From Clostridiales bacterium (GTDB lineage Bacteria > Bacillota > Dehalobacteriia > UBA7702), in contig JAVXOZ010000008.1 in NCBI GenBank assembly GCA_036644995.1, positions 5,838 through 69,837 on the forward strand: a DNA stretch of 64,000 nt, given 5' to 3'. Made by a program: the position numbers and the translations under genes. Shown here piece after piece: positions 19,822-29,802 of this stretch (positions within the stretch are counted from its first letter, which is position 1; every line of letters begins with the position of its first letter). The notes below the pieces were generated by a model. That model saw only the letters and a program-made list of their open reading frames with translations, was not told the origin of the DNA and ran no database searches.

Positions 19822-19895
19822 GGCTGGGGTGGCTGGATTCGAACCAACGAATAGCGGCTCCAAAAACCGCTGCCTTGCCACTTGGCGACACCCCA
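19821..19895 (-). tRNA. tRNA-Gln (anticodon TTG)
   Basis: Manual fold of the reverse complement TGGGGTG...CCA gives anticodon stem GCGGT/GCCGC, loop TTTTGGA and a T-arm GGTTCGAATCC. Confidence 0.8.
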
Positions 19896-19930
19896 ACGAT
19901 GGGTTTATATTAAATTTAGTTGAATACATA

Positions 19931-20007
19931 TGGGGTGAGTGATGGGATTTGAACCCACGAGTGCCGGAGCCACAATCCGGTGCGTTAACCGCTTCGCCAC
20001 ACCCACC
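19931..20007 (-). tRNA. tRNA-His (anticodon GTG)
   Basis: Reverse complement GGTGGGTG... carries the extra 5' G characteristic of tRNA-His, with anticodon loop TTGTGGC. Confidence 0.8.
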
Positions 20008-20017
20008 ATAAAAAAGT

Positions 20018-20094
20018 TGGCGCGCCTGCAGGGACTCGAACCCCGGGCACACGGATTAGAAGTCCGTTGCTCTATCCACCTGAGCTACAGGCGC
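20018..20094 (-). tRNA. tRNA-Arg (anticodon TCT)
   Basis: Reverse complement GCGCCTGTAGCTCAGGTGGATAGAGCAACGGACTTCTAATCCGT...CGCGCCA, with anticodon loop CTTCTAA. Confidence 0.8.
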
Positions 20095-20235
20095 AAAACT
20101 TAAAACGTAACGAGTTTATTATACTGAATTTTTCAATATTTTGCAAGGGGTTATTGTGATTTTTTAATATTAAATTTGCAGGCATATTTCTCAATAAGAG
20201 AAATAAAATACCGAAAATTCGGTATTTAAAAAATC

Positions 20236-20309
<74 letters not shown>

Positions 20310-20356
20310 ATGACTTTATATATTATATATGTTTTTTGTCTTAAGGTCAATACCTT

Positions 20357-20950
20357 TTATGACATTGTTTTTAAATATTTTAACATTTTTTTAAAAGCCT
20401 TGGCTCTGTGGCTAATTTTATTCTTTTCTCCAAGTGATATTTCTGCCATGGTTCTATCTAAAAAAGGCACGTAGAACAGGGGATCATAGCCAAAACCTTG
20501 GTCGCCACGGTATTCTGTAAGTATCAAACCATCAGCAATGCCCTCTGTAAAAAAAGTTTCGCCATTGGGTAAAAAAAGTGCTAAAAAAGTGTGAAACTGA
20601 CCTTGTCTGTGATTCCAGTCCACGGATTCTAAGGCTTTTAAGAGCTTTTCGTTGTTGGTTTGGTCTGTGGCGTCCTCGCCGCTGTATCTGGCGGAGTATA
20701 TCCCCGGTGCGCCATCCAAGGCATCAACGGTGAGTCCACTGTCATCTGCTAAAGCTGGCAGTCCGCTGAATTTTGAAGCTGCCTCGGCTTTAATCAAGGC
20801 ATTTTCCTGAAAAGTAGCTCCTGTTTCTTCGGGTTGTACAAATTTGGGAAAATCTTTCATTGTGAGTATTTTAATGTTTAGTTCTGATGTAAGGTTTTTT
20901 AATTCTTCTGCTTTATTTTCATTGCTTGTGGCAAAAAATATTTCCTGCAT
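20357..20950 (-). CDS. rdgB: Non-canonical purine NTP pyrophosphatase (dITP/XTP pyrophosphatase, Ham1/RdgB family)
   Basis: FATSNENKAEE N-terminal motif, 197 aa, immediately downstream of rph (conserved rph-rdgB pair). Confidence 0.85.
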   Translation of the reverse strand: MQEIFFATSNENKAEELKNLTSELNIKILTMKDFPKFVQPEETGATFQENALIKAEAASKFSGLPALADDSGLTVDALDGAPGIYSARYSGEDATDQTNNEKLLKALESVDWNHRQGQFHTFLALFLPNGETFFTEGIADGLILTEYRGDQGFGYDPLFYVPFLDRTMAEISLGEKNKISHRAKAFKKMLKYLKTMS

Positions 20951-21663
20951 TATTTGACCTCCAAAAAATTTTTGTTGATGGCAAAGATATCATTGATACC
21001 TTTTTTCGCCATTGTTAATAATTCCGTAAGCTCATTGGGGCTAAAATCGCTATTTTCTCCGGTGCCCTGAATTTCTATGAAGTTGCCCTTGGCAGTCATT
21101 ACCACATTCATGTCCACATCGGCTTTGCTATCTTCGGCATATTCCAAATCCAAGGAAACTTCACCGCCCACAATGCCCACGCTTATGGCGGCAATTTCTT
21201 GTTTTAAAATATTTTTTGGCAAGCCCATATTTTCCAGTGCCAAGGATAAGCAAAGCCATGCTGAGGATATAGCCGCTGTTCTGGTACCGCCATCTGCTTG
21301 GATAACATCACAGTCTATCTTAATGGTTTTTTCCCCCAAGCGGTTTAAATCTATGGCTTGACGCAAACTTCTGCCAATTAATCTTTGAATCTCCACGGTG
21401 CGACCTGTTTGTTTCCCTTTGGTGGCTTCACGCTGTACTCTTTGTTGGGTAGAGGCGGGGAGTAGGGAATATTCCGCAGTGAGCCAACCTCGGCCGCTGT
21501 TTGCCAAAAACGGAGGTACTTCATTTTCTATATTTATTGCGGTTAAAACTTTGGTATCTCCCTGGGACCAAAGTACCGAAGCTGAGGCAAATTTTTGAAA
21601 ACCGGTTTCAATTTTAATGGGTCTTAAGCTATCCAAAGCTCTGTTATTTCTATATTTGTTCAT
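20950..21663 (-). CDS. rph: Ribonuclease PH
   Basis: 237 aa, RNase PH family sequence starting MNKYRNNRALDSLRPI. Confidence 0.9.
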   Translation of the reverse strand: MNKYRNNRALDSLRPIKIETGFQKFASASVLWSQGDTKVLTAINIENEVPPFLANSGRGWLTAEYSLLPASTQQRVQREATKGKQTGRTVEIQRLIGRSLRQAIDLNRLGEKTIKIDCDVIQADGGTRTAAISSAWLCLSLALENMGLPKNILKQEIAAISVGIVGGEVSLDLEYAEDSKADVDMNVVMTAKGNFIEIQGTGENSDFSPNELTELLTMAKKGINDIFAINKNFLEVK

Positions 21664-21814
21664 TAAAGTTGTAATGCTCCTTTTATTAATAGTATATTAT
21701 TATTATATCATAGGACGGTAGTAATATGTTAAAAAGCTTTTAAACTGTTGATAATTTGGTAAAACCGTTGATTTTTCCGTGAAAATGCCAATAAATAAAT
21801 ATATTTTGGCATTA

Positions 21815-21858
21815 TTGTTGTCAAAACCAAATATTTTTGTTGTCAAAACCAAATATTT
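21815..21858 (+). repeat. Perfect 22-bp tandem duplication (TTGTTGTCAAAACCAAATATTT, 2 copies) in the hpt promoter region
   Basis: Two identical units lie head-to-tail. The second supplies a -35-like TTGTCA spaced 17 nt from TAAAAT (21840-21868). Confidence 0.8.
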
Positions 21859-21899
21859 TTGATAAAATGAATACATTATATTTAGGAAGGTGGAAATTC

Positions 21900-22427
21900 A
21901 TGAGTACAGAAAAATTAAATGTTTTATACAGTGAAGAACAAATAGCCGCAAGGGTAGAAGCCTTAGGTAAAGAAATTACCGCAGATTATCAAGGCAAAGA
22001 CCTTTTGGTTATTGGCATTTTAAAAGGTTCTTTTATGTTTTTCTCTGATTTGGTAAAAAAAATAGATTTGCCTTTGGAAATTGATTTTATGGGTGCCAAA
22101 AGCTATGGCGATAATACCCACCCCGGTGAAGTCCGCATTGTTAAAGATTTGGATAAGCCCATTGAAGGCAGGCACATTCTTATTGTTGAAGATATATTGG
22201 ATACAGGCCAAACATTACACGCTCTTTATAAATTATTGGAAGTGCGTGGTGCTGCATCTTTAAGAACCTGTACCTTTTTGGACAAACCTGCACGTCGCAA
22301 TACGGATTTTTATGCTGATTATAAAGGCTATGAAATTTCCGATTATTTTGCCGTTGGCTATGGTTTGGATTACGCTGAAAAATATCGTAATTTACCCTAT
22401 ATCGCAGAATTGATTTTTGAAAAATAA
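21900..22427 (+). CDS. hpt: Hypoxanthine-guanine phosphoribosyltransferase
   Basis: PRPP-binding motif ILIVEDILDTGQT. The likely start is MSTEK at 21900, preceded by an AGGTGG RBS; the listed ORF starts upstream at 21837. Confidence 0.9.
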   Translation: MSTEKLNVLYSEEQIAARVEALGKEITADYQGKDLLVIGILKGSFMFFSDLVKKIDLPLEIDFMGAKSYGDNTHPGEVRIVKDLDKPIEGRHILIVEDILDTGQTLHALYKLLEVRGAASLRTCTFLDKPARRNTDFYADYKGYEISDYFAVGYGLDYAEKYRNLPYIAELIFEK

Positions 22428-22447
22428 AAGTTTAAATTACATTAAAA

Positions 22448-22480
22448 ATGACTCCCTTAATTGCGGAGTCATTTTTTTTA
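22448..22480. terminator. Bidirectional rho-independent terminator between convergent hpt and the AraC regulator
   Basis: ATGACTCC-CTTAATTGC-GGAGTCAT followed by T8. Confidence 0.75.
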
Positions 22481-22482
22481 TG

Positions 22483-23712
22483 TTATGAAATAATTTGGTC
22501 ACGGTATTTACCCGGGCTTATGCCTGTTACCGCCCTGAAAACCTTGGTAAAATAACTCTGTTCCTCAAAACCTACCAAGCCGGGAATATCCGAAAGCGAA
22601 GTGGATGTATCTGCCAAAAGGTGTTTGCTTTCTTCTATTCTTACTTTGGTTAAATATTGAGTAAAAGTCATGTTTAATTCTTTTTTAAACATTTTGCTGA
22701 AATATGGAGGGCTAAAGTGTACGTAATCGGATATTTCCTGTAAAGTCATATGATCTCTAAAGTTTAAATGTATGTAATGCAGTGCAGAATATACCATATT
22801 CGCATTTTTCATACTGGGTAAATAATAGGCAGATTCCAATAAGGAGCGTATTTTCTTTTTTGCCCAAGGAGCCAATTTTTCGCTGTTATCAATATATTCA
22901 AGTTCGCTTAAAGCGTTAATGCAATGGTCTGTAATGGGATTTGGAGCGTTTTTATCGTCACATTTATTGTGCAACATGAAGATAAGGGCAGTAATATTAT
23001 TTTTGTGCTCTTTAATGGATTCTGTATTTTGAGATATTTCTGCAACTATATTTTTTAAAGCTTCATCAATATCCATGGGTTGACCTGAATTTATTGCCGC
23101 TGAAAGTTTTTGCCAGTTTTCACCCATAAGATTTTGCTGAACACTTTCTTGGGTTTCTTGGTTTAATAAATTTTCAATTTCGTTGATGCGCATGGGGTTG
23201 GCTTTATCCTCAGATAGATTTAACGCCATCATATCTAAAATATGTTTCAAGCTTTCCAAACGGTTTTCATCAATGACAATGGAGGATAAAAGGCTGTTTT
23301 TCAATTCGGGATATTTGGCTAAAAGCTTTTCGTGCAAAGTTGAAAGATTTTTTCTTTTAATAATATTTTCCCGTGTATTATCAAAAAAAACGTGACCCGC
23401 AATGAAAATTCCTTGTATTTGCCCGTGTACAACAATGGGTGATGCCCAGTGCATTAAGCCCATGGGGCAAAAATAGGATATACAAGTGCCCTTATTTTTG
23501 GCAGTTGCTGCACCATTTTTGTGTAAATTTAAGCAGTAGTTGGCAATTTCACTATCTTTTTGGTAGCAAAATTCTTTATGTATTGCTCCGGGGCAAGGGT
23601 TATAAATTGTATCACCTTTTACTAAAAGACATTCCACCCCGGTGGCGTTGGTGTAATCCTTTGCCAGTGTTTGGGCTTGTTGGATATCATAAGTTTCGTT
23701 ATTCGTTAGCAT
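22483..23712 (-). CDS. AraC-family transcriptional regulator with an N-terminal Cys-containing (PocR-like) sensory domain
   Basis: C-terminal double HTH of AraC type (LQEISDYVHFSPPYFSKMFKKELNMTFTQYL). The N-terminal domain has conserved Cys/His positions. Confidence 0.7.
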   Translation of the reverse strand: MLTNNETYDIQQAQTLAKDYTNATGVECLLVKGDTIYNPCPGAIHKEFCYQKDSEIANYCLNLHKNGAATAKNKGTCISYFCPMGLMHWASPIVVHGQIQGIFIAGHVFFDNTRENIIKRKNLSTLHEKLLAKYPELKNSLLSSIVIDENRLESLKHILDMMALNLSEDKANPMRINEIENLLNQETQESVQQNLMGENWQKLSAAINSGQPMDIDEALKNIVAEISQNTESIKEHKNNITALIFMLHNKCDDKNAPNPITDHCINALSELEYIDNSEKLAPWAKKKIRSLLESAYYLPSMKNANMVYSALHYIHLNFRDHMTLQEISDYVHFSPPYFSKMFKKELNMTFTQYLTKVRIEESKHLLADTSTSLSDIPGLVGFEEQSYFTKVFRAVTGISPGKYRDQIIS

Positions 23713-23735
23713 GGTTCACCTCGTTTCAATGGGAA

Positions 23736-24794
23736 TTAAATGTTTACAACCCAGTTGTGGGTATCTTCTACTGTTCCCCATTGGATTCCTGTTAATGTGT
23801 CATAAAGTTTTTGTGTTAATGTTCCCATTTCACCATTGTTAATGGTGATTATCTCGCCGTCTTTATTCAATTCGGAAACAGGGCTTACCACTGCAGCTGT
23901 ACCGGAACCAAAAACTTCTTCCAGTTCATTTTTGCTGTAACGTTCAAATACTTCATTTATGGATAGTTGCCGTTCATTAACGGTTATACCCATATCTCGG
24001 GCTAAATTAATGATTGAGTTTCTGGTAATGCCCCCTAATATAGAGCCGTTTAAGGCGGGGGTTACCAATTCATCCTTAAATTTAAAGAAAATATTCATGG
24101 AACCCACTTCTTCCACAAATTCTTTGTGGATACCATCTAACCATAAAACTTGGGCATAACCTTTTTTATTGGCAATTTCACCTGCTAAAATACTGGCAGC
24201 ATAATTACCTGCTGTTTTGGTGAATCCCATTCCGCCTTTTACCGCACGTACATATTCATCTTCAACAAATATTTTTACAGGTTTTAAGCCCTCTTTATAA
24301 TAGGGACCCACAGGTGATAAAATTATGGCGAAAATATAGTTGGTAGAAGCTTTAACCCCAAGGTGTGGGTCGGTAGCAAAAATAAATGGGCGTATATATA
24401 GAGAGGTATTGGGTGCAGATGGCACCCAATCTGCTTCTAATTTTATTAATTCTTCCAGTGCAGTTAAGGCTTTTGCTTCATCAATTTGGGGAATGCAGAG
24501 TCTTTCAGCGGAAAGATTTAAACGCTTAAAGTTTTCTGTGGGACGAAACAAATTTATGGAGCCATTAGGGGTGCGATAAGCTTTCATCCCTTCAAAAATT
24601 GATTGCCCATAATGTATAACCATGCAGGAAGGATCTAAACTAAAGGGACCATATGGTACAATTTTCCAATCATGCCAACCCTTTTCATCATGGTGGCAAA
24701 TGAGCATATGGTCAGTAAATGTTGTGCCAAAAGATAAAGTATCTGTTTGGGGTTTTTCTTTTAATTTGGGGCTTTTTTCAATCTCGATTTCCAT
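23736..24794 (-). CDS. ilvE: Branched-chain amino acid aminotransferase
   Basis: PLP fold-type IV aminotransferase. BCAT length of 352 aa. Confidence 0.85.
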   Translation of the reverse strand: MEIEIEKSPKLKEKPQTDTLSFGTTFTDHMLICHHDEKGWHDWKIVPYGPFSLDPSCMVIHYGQSIFEGMKAYRTPNGSINLFRPTENFKRLNLSAERLCIPQIDEAKALTALEELIKLEADWVPSAPNTSLYIRPFIFATDPHLGVKASTNYIFAIILSPVGPYYKEGLKPVKIFVEDEYVRAVKGGMGFTKTAGNYAASILAGEIANKKGYAQVLWLDGIHKEFVEEVGSMNIFFKFKDELVTPALNGSILGGITRNSIINLARDMGITVNERQLSINEVFERYSKNELEEVFGSGTAAVVSPVSELNKDGEIITINNGEMGTLTQKLYDTLTGIQWGTVEDTHNWVVNI

Positions 24795-25047
24795 TTTTAT
24801 CCTCCTGTATATTCATTGTTTAATAAATTGTGATTAATTATATATATATAGTATTTTAGCTCAAAATTCAATAAAATACAATACTTTAGTAATTGAATGG
24901 CAATTATTTAACTTTATTTTGTAAATTTTTAATGTTTTATTAAATAGTTTATGTAAAGTTGTGGGAAATTACCAATTTCCAACTTGGATATTTTTCATAG
25001 ATTGGAGAAAATTAATAGTATTGATTTTTAGTTTATGGAGGATTATC

Positions 25048-26259
25048 TTGAAAAATTTTAACAGACAACCTTGGTTGTATTTTACAATGATTGCGTGTTT
25101 TGCGGTGTTGATTTTTGGCTTTTCCTGGCTAACCGCCAATGTAATGGATGGTTTTTTTCAGCAAAGCTCAGCAAAAACCAAAGAATTTTTATCTTTGGAA
25201 CAGTACCAAAATATTTTAATTAAAGATATTGAGGGAGAAGAAAAGATAAATGAAACAGAATTAACCAAAACATCAGAAACATCAAAAACAACGGAAAAAG
25301 CATCTTTAGATGTATCTTCAAAGTCCAAATTGATGGTGGGAGGCACTTCTTTGGGGATAATAATGAAAACCGATGGTGTTTTGGTAGTTGGCTATTCATC
25401 TATTAATAATGAAAACGGTGATGTTTGCTACCCTGCCAAAGAAGGCGGCATTGCTCTGGGGGATAGTATTATTAAAATAGAAGGTGAGGTGGTTAACAGC
25501 GATGATGCTATGTTGGAACTTATTAATAAATATGGAGCAAAAGGTGAAATTAAGTTTGAGATAAGGCATGGAAGTGCCATTACAGAAAAAACTGTAATGT
25601 CTTATTTTTGTGCAGAAACAGAGCGATACCGTGTGGGGCTTTATGTGCGGGATAATATGGGCGGCGTGGGCACTTTAACTTTTTATGACCCAAAATCTCA
25701 AAGATTCGGTGCTCTTGGCCATCCTATTGAAGGTGTAATTTCAGAAAGCAGCGAAACCATTATAGGCAGAGCCTTGCCTTCTGCGGTACGGGGTATTAAA
25801 AAAGCCACCAAAGGTGAAACCGGAGAGAAAATAGGTTATTTTGAAAGCGGTGAATTTGATGGCGTTGTGGATACCGTGGGATTATATGGAATTTATGGTA
25901 TAATGGAAGGCAAAGTAAAAAACCCTTTAAACACCTATGTTTATCCGGGTAAAAGTGACGAAGTGAAGGTGGGACCGGCAAAAATAGTTACGGTGATAGA
26001 GGGTAGTAATCCTGAATTTTTTGATATAAACATTCTGCACGTAGATAAAAATGATACATCGGGGAAGGGTTTATCCATTGAAATTACCGATAAAAATTTA
26101 CTGGAAAAAACCGGCGGAATTATTCAAGGTATGAGCGGTAGTCCTGTTTTGCAGAATAATAAATTGGTTGGAGCGGTTACCTATGTAATGGTTAATCAGC
26201 CCCAAAAAGGTTATGGTTGTCTTATTGAATATATGCTGAAAGAGGGAAGGTGTGAATAA
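25048..26259 (+). CDS. spoIVB: Stage IV sporulation protein B (SpoIVB signalling serine peptidase, PDZ + S55)
   Basis: S55 signature GTLTFYDPKSQRFGALGHPI and a PDZ region GDSIIKIEGEVVNS. The likely TTG start at 25048 is preceded by a GGAGG RBS; the listed in-frame ORF starts at 24961. Confidence 0.85.
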   Translation: MKNFNRQPWLYFTMIACFAVLIFGFSWLTANVMDGFFQQSSAKTKEFLSLEQYQNILIKDIEGEEKINETELTKTSETSKTTEKASLDVSSKSKLMVGGTSLGIIMKTDGVLVVGYSSINNENGDVCYPAKEGGIALGDSIIKIEGEVVNSDDAMLELINKYGAKGEIKFEIRHGSAITEKTVMSYFCAETERYRVGLYVRDNMGGVGTLTFYDPKSQRFGALGHPIEGVISESSETIIGRALPSAVRGIKKATKGETGEKIGYFESGEFDGVVDTVGLYGIYGIMEGKVKNPLNTYVYPGKSDEVKVGPAKIVTVIEGSNPEFFDINILHVDKNDTSGKGLSIEITDKNLLEKTGGIIQGMSGSPVLQNNKLVGAVTYVMVNQPQKGYGCLIEYMLKEGRCE

Positions 26260-26275
26260 TATTTCTTGCGAGAAA

Positions 26276-26312
26276 TGTCGAAATTTGTAACATAGCAGTA
26301 TAATACGTCGAA
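26276..26312 (+). promoter_or_regulatory. Putative Spo0A boxes (TGTCGAA at 26276, CGTCGAA at 26306) upstream of spo0A, with a possible sigma-H-type promoter at 26343-26368
   Basis: 0A-box consensus TGTCGAA is present once perfectly and once with a 1-nt deviation. AGGAAT-N15-GAATT resembles sigma-H -35/-10. Confidence 0.35.
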
Positions 26313-26409
26313 ATAATATTTAAATATTATTATTTTCTTTAAAGGAATATGAGAAAAAATGTAGAATTAATTCTTAAGCGAAACAAAAAAGAATATTGGA
26401 GAGAGGAAA

Positions 26410-27171
26410 ATGACAGAAAACATTAACATTATTATCGCAGACGATAACAAGAACTTTAGCGAGAGTTTAAAGCAGCACTTGGAGTTTAATGAGGATTTTA
26501 CTGTGGTTGGCTGTGCTGCCAATGGTTTGGAAACACTGGAGATGACTGAGGAATTAGAACCGGATGTATTAATTATGGAGTTAATTATGCCGTGCCTTGA
26601 TGGACTGGGTGTATTATCAAGGTTAAATTCTTTACCAAAAAAACCAAAAGTCATTATTAGCACTGCCATGGGGCAAGAAAACATGACCCAAGAAGCTGTT
26701 CGTTTAGGTATTGATTATTTTTTATTAAAACCTTACGATTTTCAATCCATGTCTATGCGTATTAGGCAATTAGTGGGTATGTCCAACACAGTGTTAGAGC
26801 CTATTGCTGTTGCGGGTAAAAACTTTGAAGTTGAAGTTACCAACGTTCTGCATCAAATGGGAGTCCCTGCCCATATCAAAGGCTATCAATATTTAAGAGA
26901 TGGCATTGTATATGTGATAGAAGATACAAATCTTTTAGGGGCAATTACCAAGGAGCTATATCCCATGATAGCGAAAAAATACAACACCACTGCCAGCCGA
27001 GTGGAGCGGGCAATACGTCACGGAATAGAACTTGCTTGGGACAGAGGAAATATTGAATTAATGAACAAATACTTTGGGTATACCATCGACGTAGAGCGTG
27101 GAAAGCCTACAAACTCGGAATTTATTGCTATGATAGCCGATAAATTAAAAATGGCAAATCGTTTAGCTTAA
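26410..27171 (+). CDS. spo0A: Sporulation master regulator Spo0A
   Basis: Receiver domain (IIADDN...[14 protein letters not shown]) plus the Spo0A-specific C-terminal domain ([19 protein letters not shown]). It sits downstream of spoIVB, a conserved synteny. Confidence 0.95.
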   Translation: MTENINIIIADDNKNFSESLKQHLEFNEDFTVVGCAANGLETLEMTEELEPDVLIMELIMPCLDGLGVLSRLNSLPKKPKVIISTAMGQENMTQEAVRLGIDYFLLKPYDFQSMSMRIRQLVGMSNTVLEPIAVAGKNFEVEVTNVLHQMGVPAHIKGYQYLRDGIVYVIEDTNLLGAITKELYPMIAKKYNTTASRVERAIRHGIELAWDRGNIELMNKYFGYTIDVERGKPTNSEFIAMIADKLKMANRLA

Positions 27172-27246
27172 TAACCGGTGTTTTTAGATTGTAAAAGTGA
27201 TGAGTTGGTGCTATTGGAGCCTAAATATTTACAGTCGAAAATTAAA

Positions 27247-27295
27247 GCTCATCTGTGTATTGGAAAAATTCCTTGCACAGATGGGCTTTTGTTGT
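27247..27295 (+). terminator. Rho-independent terminator of spo0A
   Basis: GCTCATCTGTG...CACAGATGGGC followed by TTTTGTTGTTT. Confidence 0.7.
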
Positions 27296-27420
27296 TTAAA
27301 AAATAGTTTTTTCCTTAAAAAACATTATTAATTCAAAGTTTTTATTATTATTTATCCTCCGCAGAAAAAGCGACGGTATTTTTTTTGAAAAAAAGCATAG
27401 ATTTTTATGAGGTGAATTTT

Positions 27421-27645
27421 ATGATATCTATTACCATAAAAAATTTTAAAAGTGCTTTTTGCCGCATTTGTATTCTAACTTTGGTGGTTGCTTTGGTTTT
27501 TTGGGGAGTGCCAAAATTTTATAATGCCATGGCGGAAGGTGAAAAAGATGTGGATGATTTAAGGGAACTTACCGAGCCTTTACGTGTTCAGGCAAACCCC
27601 AATGTGAATGATGTTTCCGCTTGGTTTAATAGTATAGATAAATAA
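27421..27645 (+). CDS. Small hypothetical membrane-anchored protein
   Basis: 74 aa with a GAGGTGA RBS and an N-terminal TM helix. No known motif. Confidence 0.35.
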   Translation: MISITIKNFKSAFCRICILTLVVALVFWGVPKFYNAMAEGEKDVDDLRELTEPLRVQANPNVNDVSAWFNSIDK

Positions 27646-27724
27646 TCAAGAAAAAAACACTGGAGAAAATCAGCAAAAACCCTTATAATATATAACATGA
27701 ATCAAGAAAGGGTTTGACATAATT

Positions 27725-28627
27725 ATGGAGGATACTAAAAATAACAGCGAAATTAAAGATTTTTGTGACTATTTATTGGTAGAAAAAGGGTATTCTCTTA
27801 ACACCATTGCGGGATATTCCTGTGACTTAACTGAATTTCTCAAGTTTATTGTTTCAGAAAATACATCACTTTTATCTTTGGCAACAAGAAAAAATGTTAT
27901 TGGTTTTTTGGTGTATCTGCATAAAGAGAATCTTTCACCCAACACCGTAGCCAGAAAACTTTCTTCTTTGCGTTCATTTTACAAATTTCTTTTGTTGGAT
28001 AGAAGAATTACCATTGACCCCACCACCAATTTGGAAAGTCCTAAAATGGCTAAATATCTGCCCAATGTTTTATCTCAAGATGAAATTTTAACTTTGTTAA
28101 ATCAGCCTGATGCTGCCACATTACAGGGAAAGCGTGACAGTGCAATTTTAGAAACTTTGTATGCCACGGGTATGCGGGTAAGCGAGGTAATTGCCTTGGA
28201 TATAGGGGATGTGAATATAAAATTTTCTTATGCCAAATGTTTTGGCAAAGGTGGTAAAGAACGCATTGTCCCCATGGGCTCTTATGCTCTGGAATCTATA
28301 AATTTATATTTAAAAGAAGTTAGGCCTAAATTTTTAAAGGGTAAAACAACATCTGCTTTATTTTTAAATCAACGTGGGGGTAGGCTTACACGTCAAAGTA
28401 TTTGGGGAATGATGAAAAAATACGGCAAAGCAGCAGGTGTGGGTGATGGATTAAGTCCCCATACTTTACGGCATTCCTTGGCAACTCATATGCTGGAAAA
28501 TGGTGCGGATTTACGCACTGTTCAGGAAATTTTGGGTCATGTGGACTTGGCTACAACTCAAATTTATACACACTTATTACAAAATACAATAACGGCGGAA
28601 TATAAAAAATTCCACCCCAGGAGTTAA
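27725..28627 (+). CDS. xerD: Tyrosine recombinase XerD/XerC family
   Basis: C-terminal catalytic box HTLRHSLATHMLENGADLRTVQEILGHVDLATTQIYTH, with the R..HxxR..Y residues. Confidence 0.8.
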   Translation: MEDTKNNSEIKDFCDYLLVEKGYSLNTIAGYSCDLTEFLKFIVSENTSLLSLATRKNVIGFLVYLHKENLSPNTVARKLSSLRSFYKFLLLDRRITIDPTTNLESPKMAKYLPNVLSQDEILTLLNQPDAATLQGKRDSAILETLYATGMRVSEVIALDIGDVNIKFSYAKCFGKGGKERIVPMGSYALESINLYLKEVRPKFLKGKTTSALFLNQRGGRLTRQSIWGMMKKYGKAAGVGDGLSPHTLRHSLATHMLENGADLRTVQEILGHVDLATTQIYTHLLQNTITAEYKKFHPRS

Positions 28628-28629
28628 AT

Positions 28630-29793
28630 ATGAAAAGAGCTTTTATAATAGTTTTAGATAGTGTTGGTATTGGCGCCATAGGGGATTGGGCGGAATACGA
28701 CACAGAACCCGGGAACACCATTTGCCATGTGGCAGCAGCGGTGGGGGGGCTTAATATGCCACATTTGGAAGCCATGGGATTAGGAAATATTGCGGATATT
28801 AAAGGGCTTGCTCCCACTGAAAATCCCACTGCAAAACATGGTAAAGCACCATTAACCACCAAGGGAAAAGATACCACAGCGGGGCATTGGGAAATGATGG
28901 GGATAATTTTACAACAGGCTTTTCCCACCTATCCCAATGGTTTTCCCAATGATTTAATTGAGGAATTGGAAAATGCTTTCGGCAGTAAAATATTAGGTAA
29001 AAAGCCTGCATCGGGAACTGCTGTTATTGAAGAATTTGGCAGGGAGCATCTAAAAACCCATGCTCCCATTGTTTATACTTCAGGTGATAGTGTGGTGCAG
29101 ATAGCTTGCCACGAAGATATTTATAATAACGAAAAATTATACGATTTATGTAAAAAAGCACGGAGCATATGTCAAGGAAAGCATGGGGTGGGACGAGTTA
29201 TTGCCCGACCTTTTAAAGGTGTGCCCGGAGCTTTTGAAAGAACCAAATATCGCAAAGATTTTTCCTTGGTGCCACCTAAACCCAATGTTTTATCAGCACT
29301 AAATGGCAAAAAAATCCCTGTGATTGGGGTGGGAAAAATAAACGATATTTTTTGTGGTGAAAACATAGATATTTCATATGGCGTAAAAGGCAATACACTT
29401 TGCCTTGATAAAACCTTGGAATTATTAAAAGATGGCAAAGATGGTTTTTACTTTGTTAATCTGGTGGATTTTGATATGCTCTATGGGCATAGAAATGACC
29501 CTGTGGGTTATGCCCAAGCTTTGGAAGATTTTGATGCCCATGTTCCCTCTATTTTGGAAAACCTTAGAGAGGACGATTTACTGATTATCACCGCAGATCA
29601 CGGCAACGACCCCACCACCGCCAGTACCGACCACAATCGAGAATATGTGCCGGTGTTATCCTATATCTGCGGTGAAAAAGGCGGCAATATCGGTGTGCTA
29701 AAAACCATGTCTGATATTGGAGCCACAGTTTATCAATGGCTTACCGGTGAGAATTATTTACAGGGAAATTCTTGGCTGAATATTTCTAAATAA
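28630..29793 (+). CDS. deoB: Phosphopentomutase
   Basis: N-terminal IVLDSVGIG metal-binding motif, 387 aa. Confidence 0.9.
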   Translation: MKRAFIIVLDSVGIGAIGDWAEYDTEPGNTICHVAAAVGGLNMPHLEAMGLGNIADIKGLAPTENPTAKHGKAPLTTKGKDTTAGHWEMMGIILQQAFPTYPNGFPNDLIEELENAFGSKILGKKPASGTAVIEEFGREHLKTHAPIVYTSGDSVVQIACHEDIYNNEKLYDLCKKARSICQGKHGVGRVIARPFKGVPGAFERTKYRKDFSLVPPKPNVLSALNGKKIPVIGVGKINDIFCGENIDISYGVKGNTLCLDKTLELLKDGKDGFYFVNLVDFDMLYGHRNDPVGYAQALEDFDAHVPSILENLREDDLLIITADHGNDPTTASTDHNREYVPVLSYICGEKGGNIGVLKTMSDIGATVYQWLTGENYLQGNSWLNISK

Positions 29794-29802
29794 GGTGAAA
29801 AA

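Noticed and set aside
19756-20052. 98-aa minus-strand ORF spanning the tRNA genes
   Set aside because: It overlaps three well-folding tRNAs. Its C/G-rich translation is a by-product of tRNA sequence.
26367-26684. 105-aa minus-strand ORF overlapping spo0A; similar long antisense ORFs inside echA (51135-51614) and the AGCS gene (35514-36008)
   Set aside because: They lie fully inside well-supported genes on the opposite strand with no RBS or motifs. They are typical spurious antisense ORFs.
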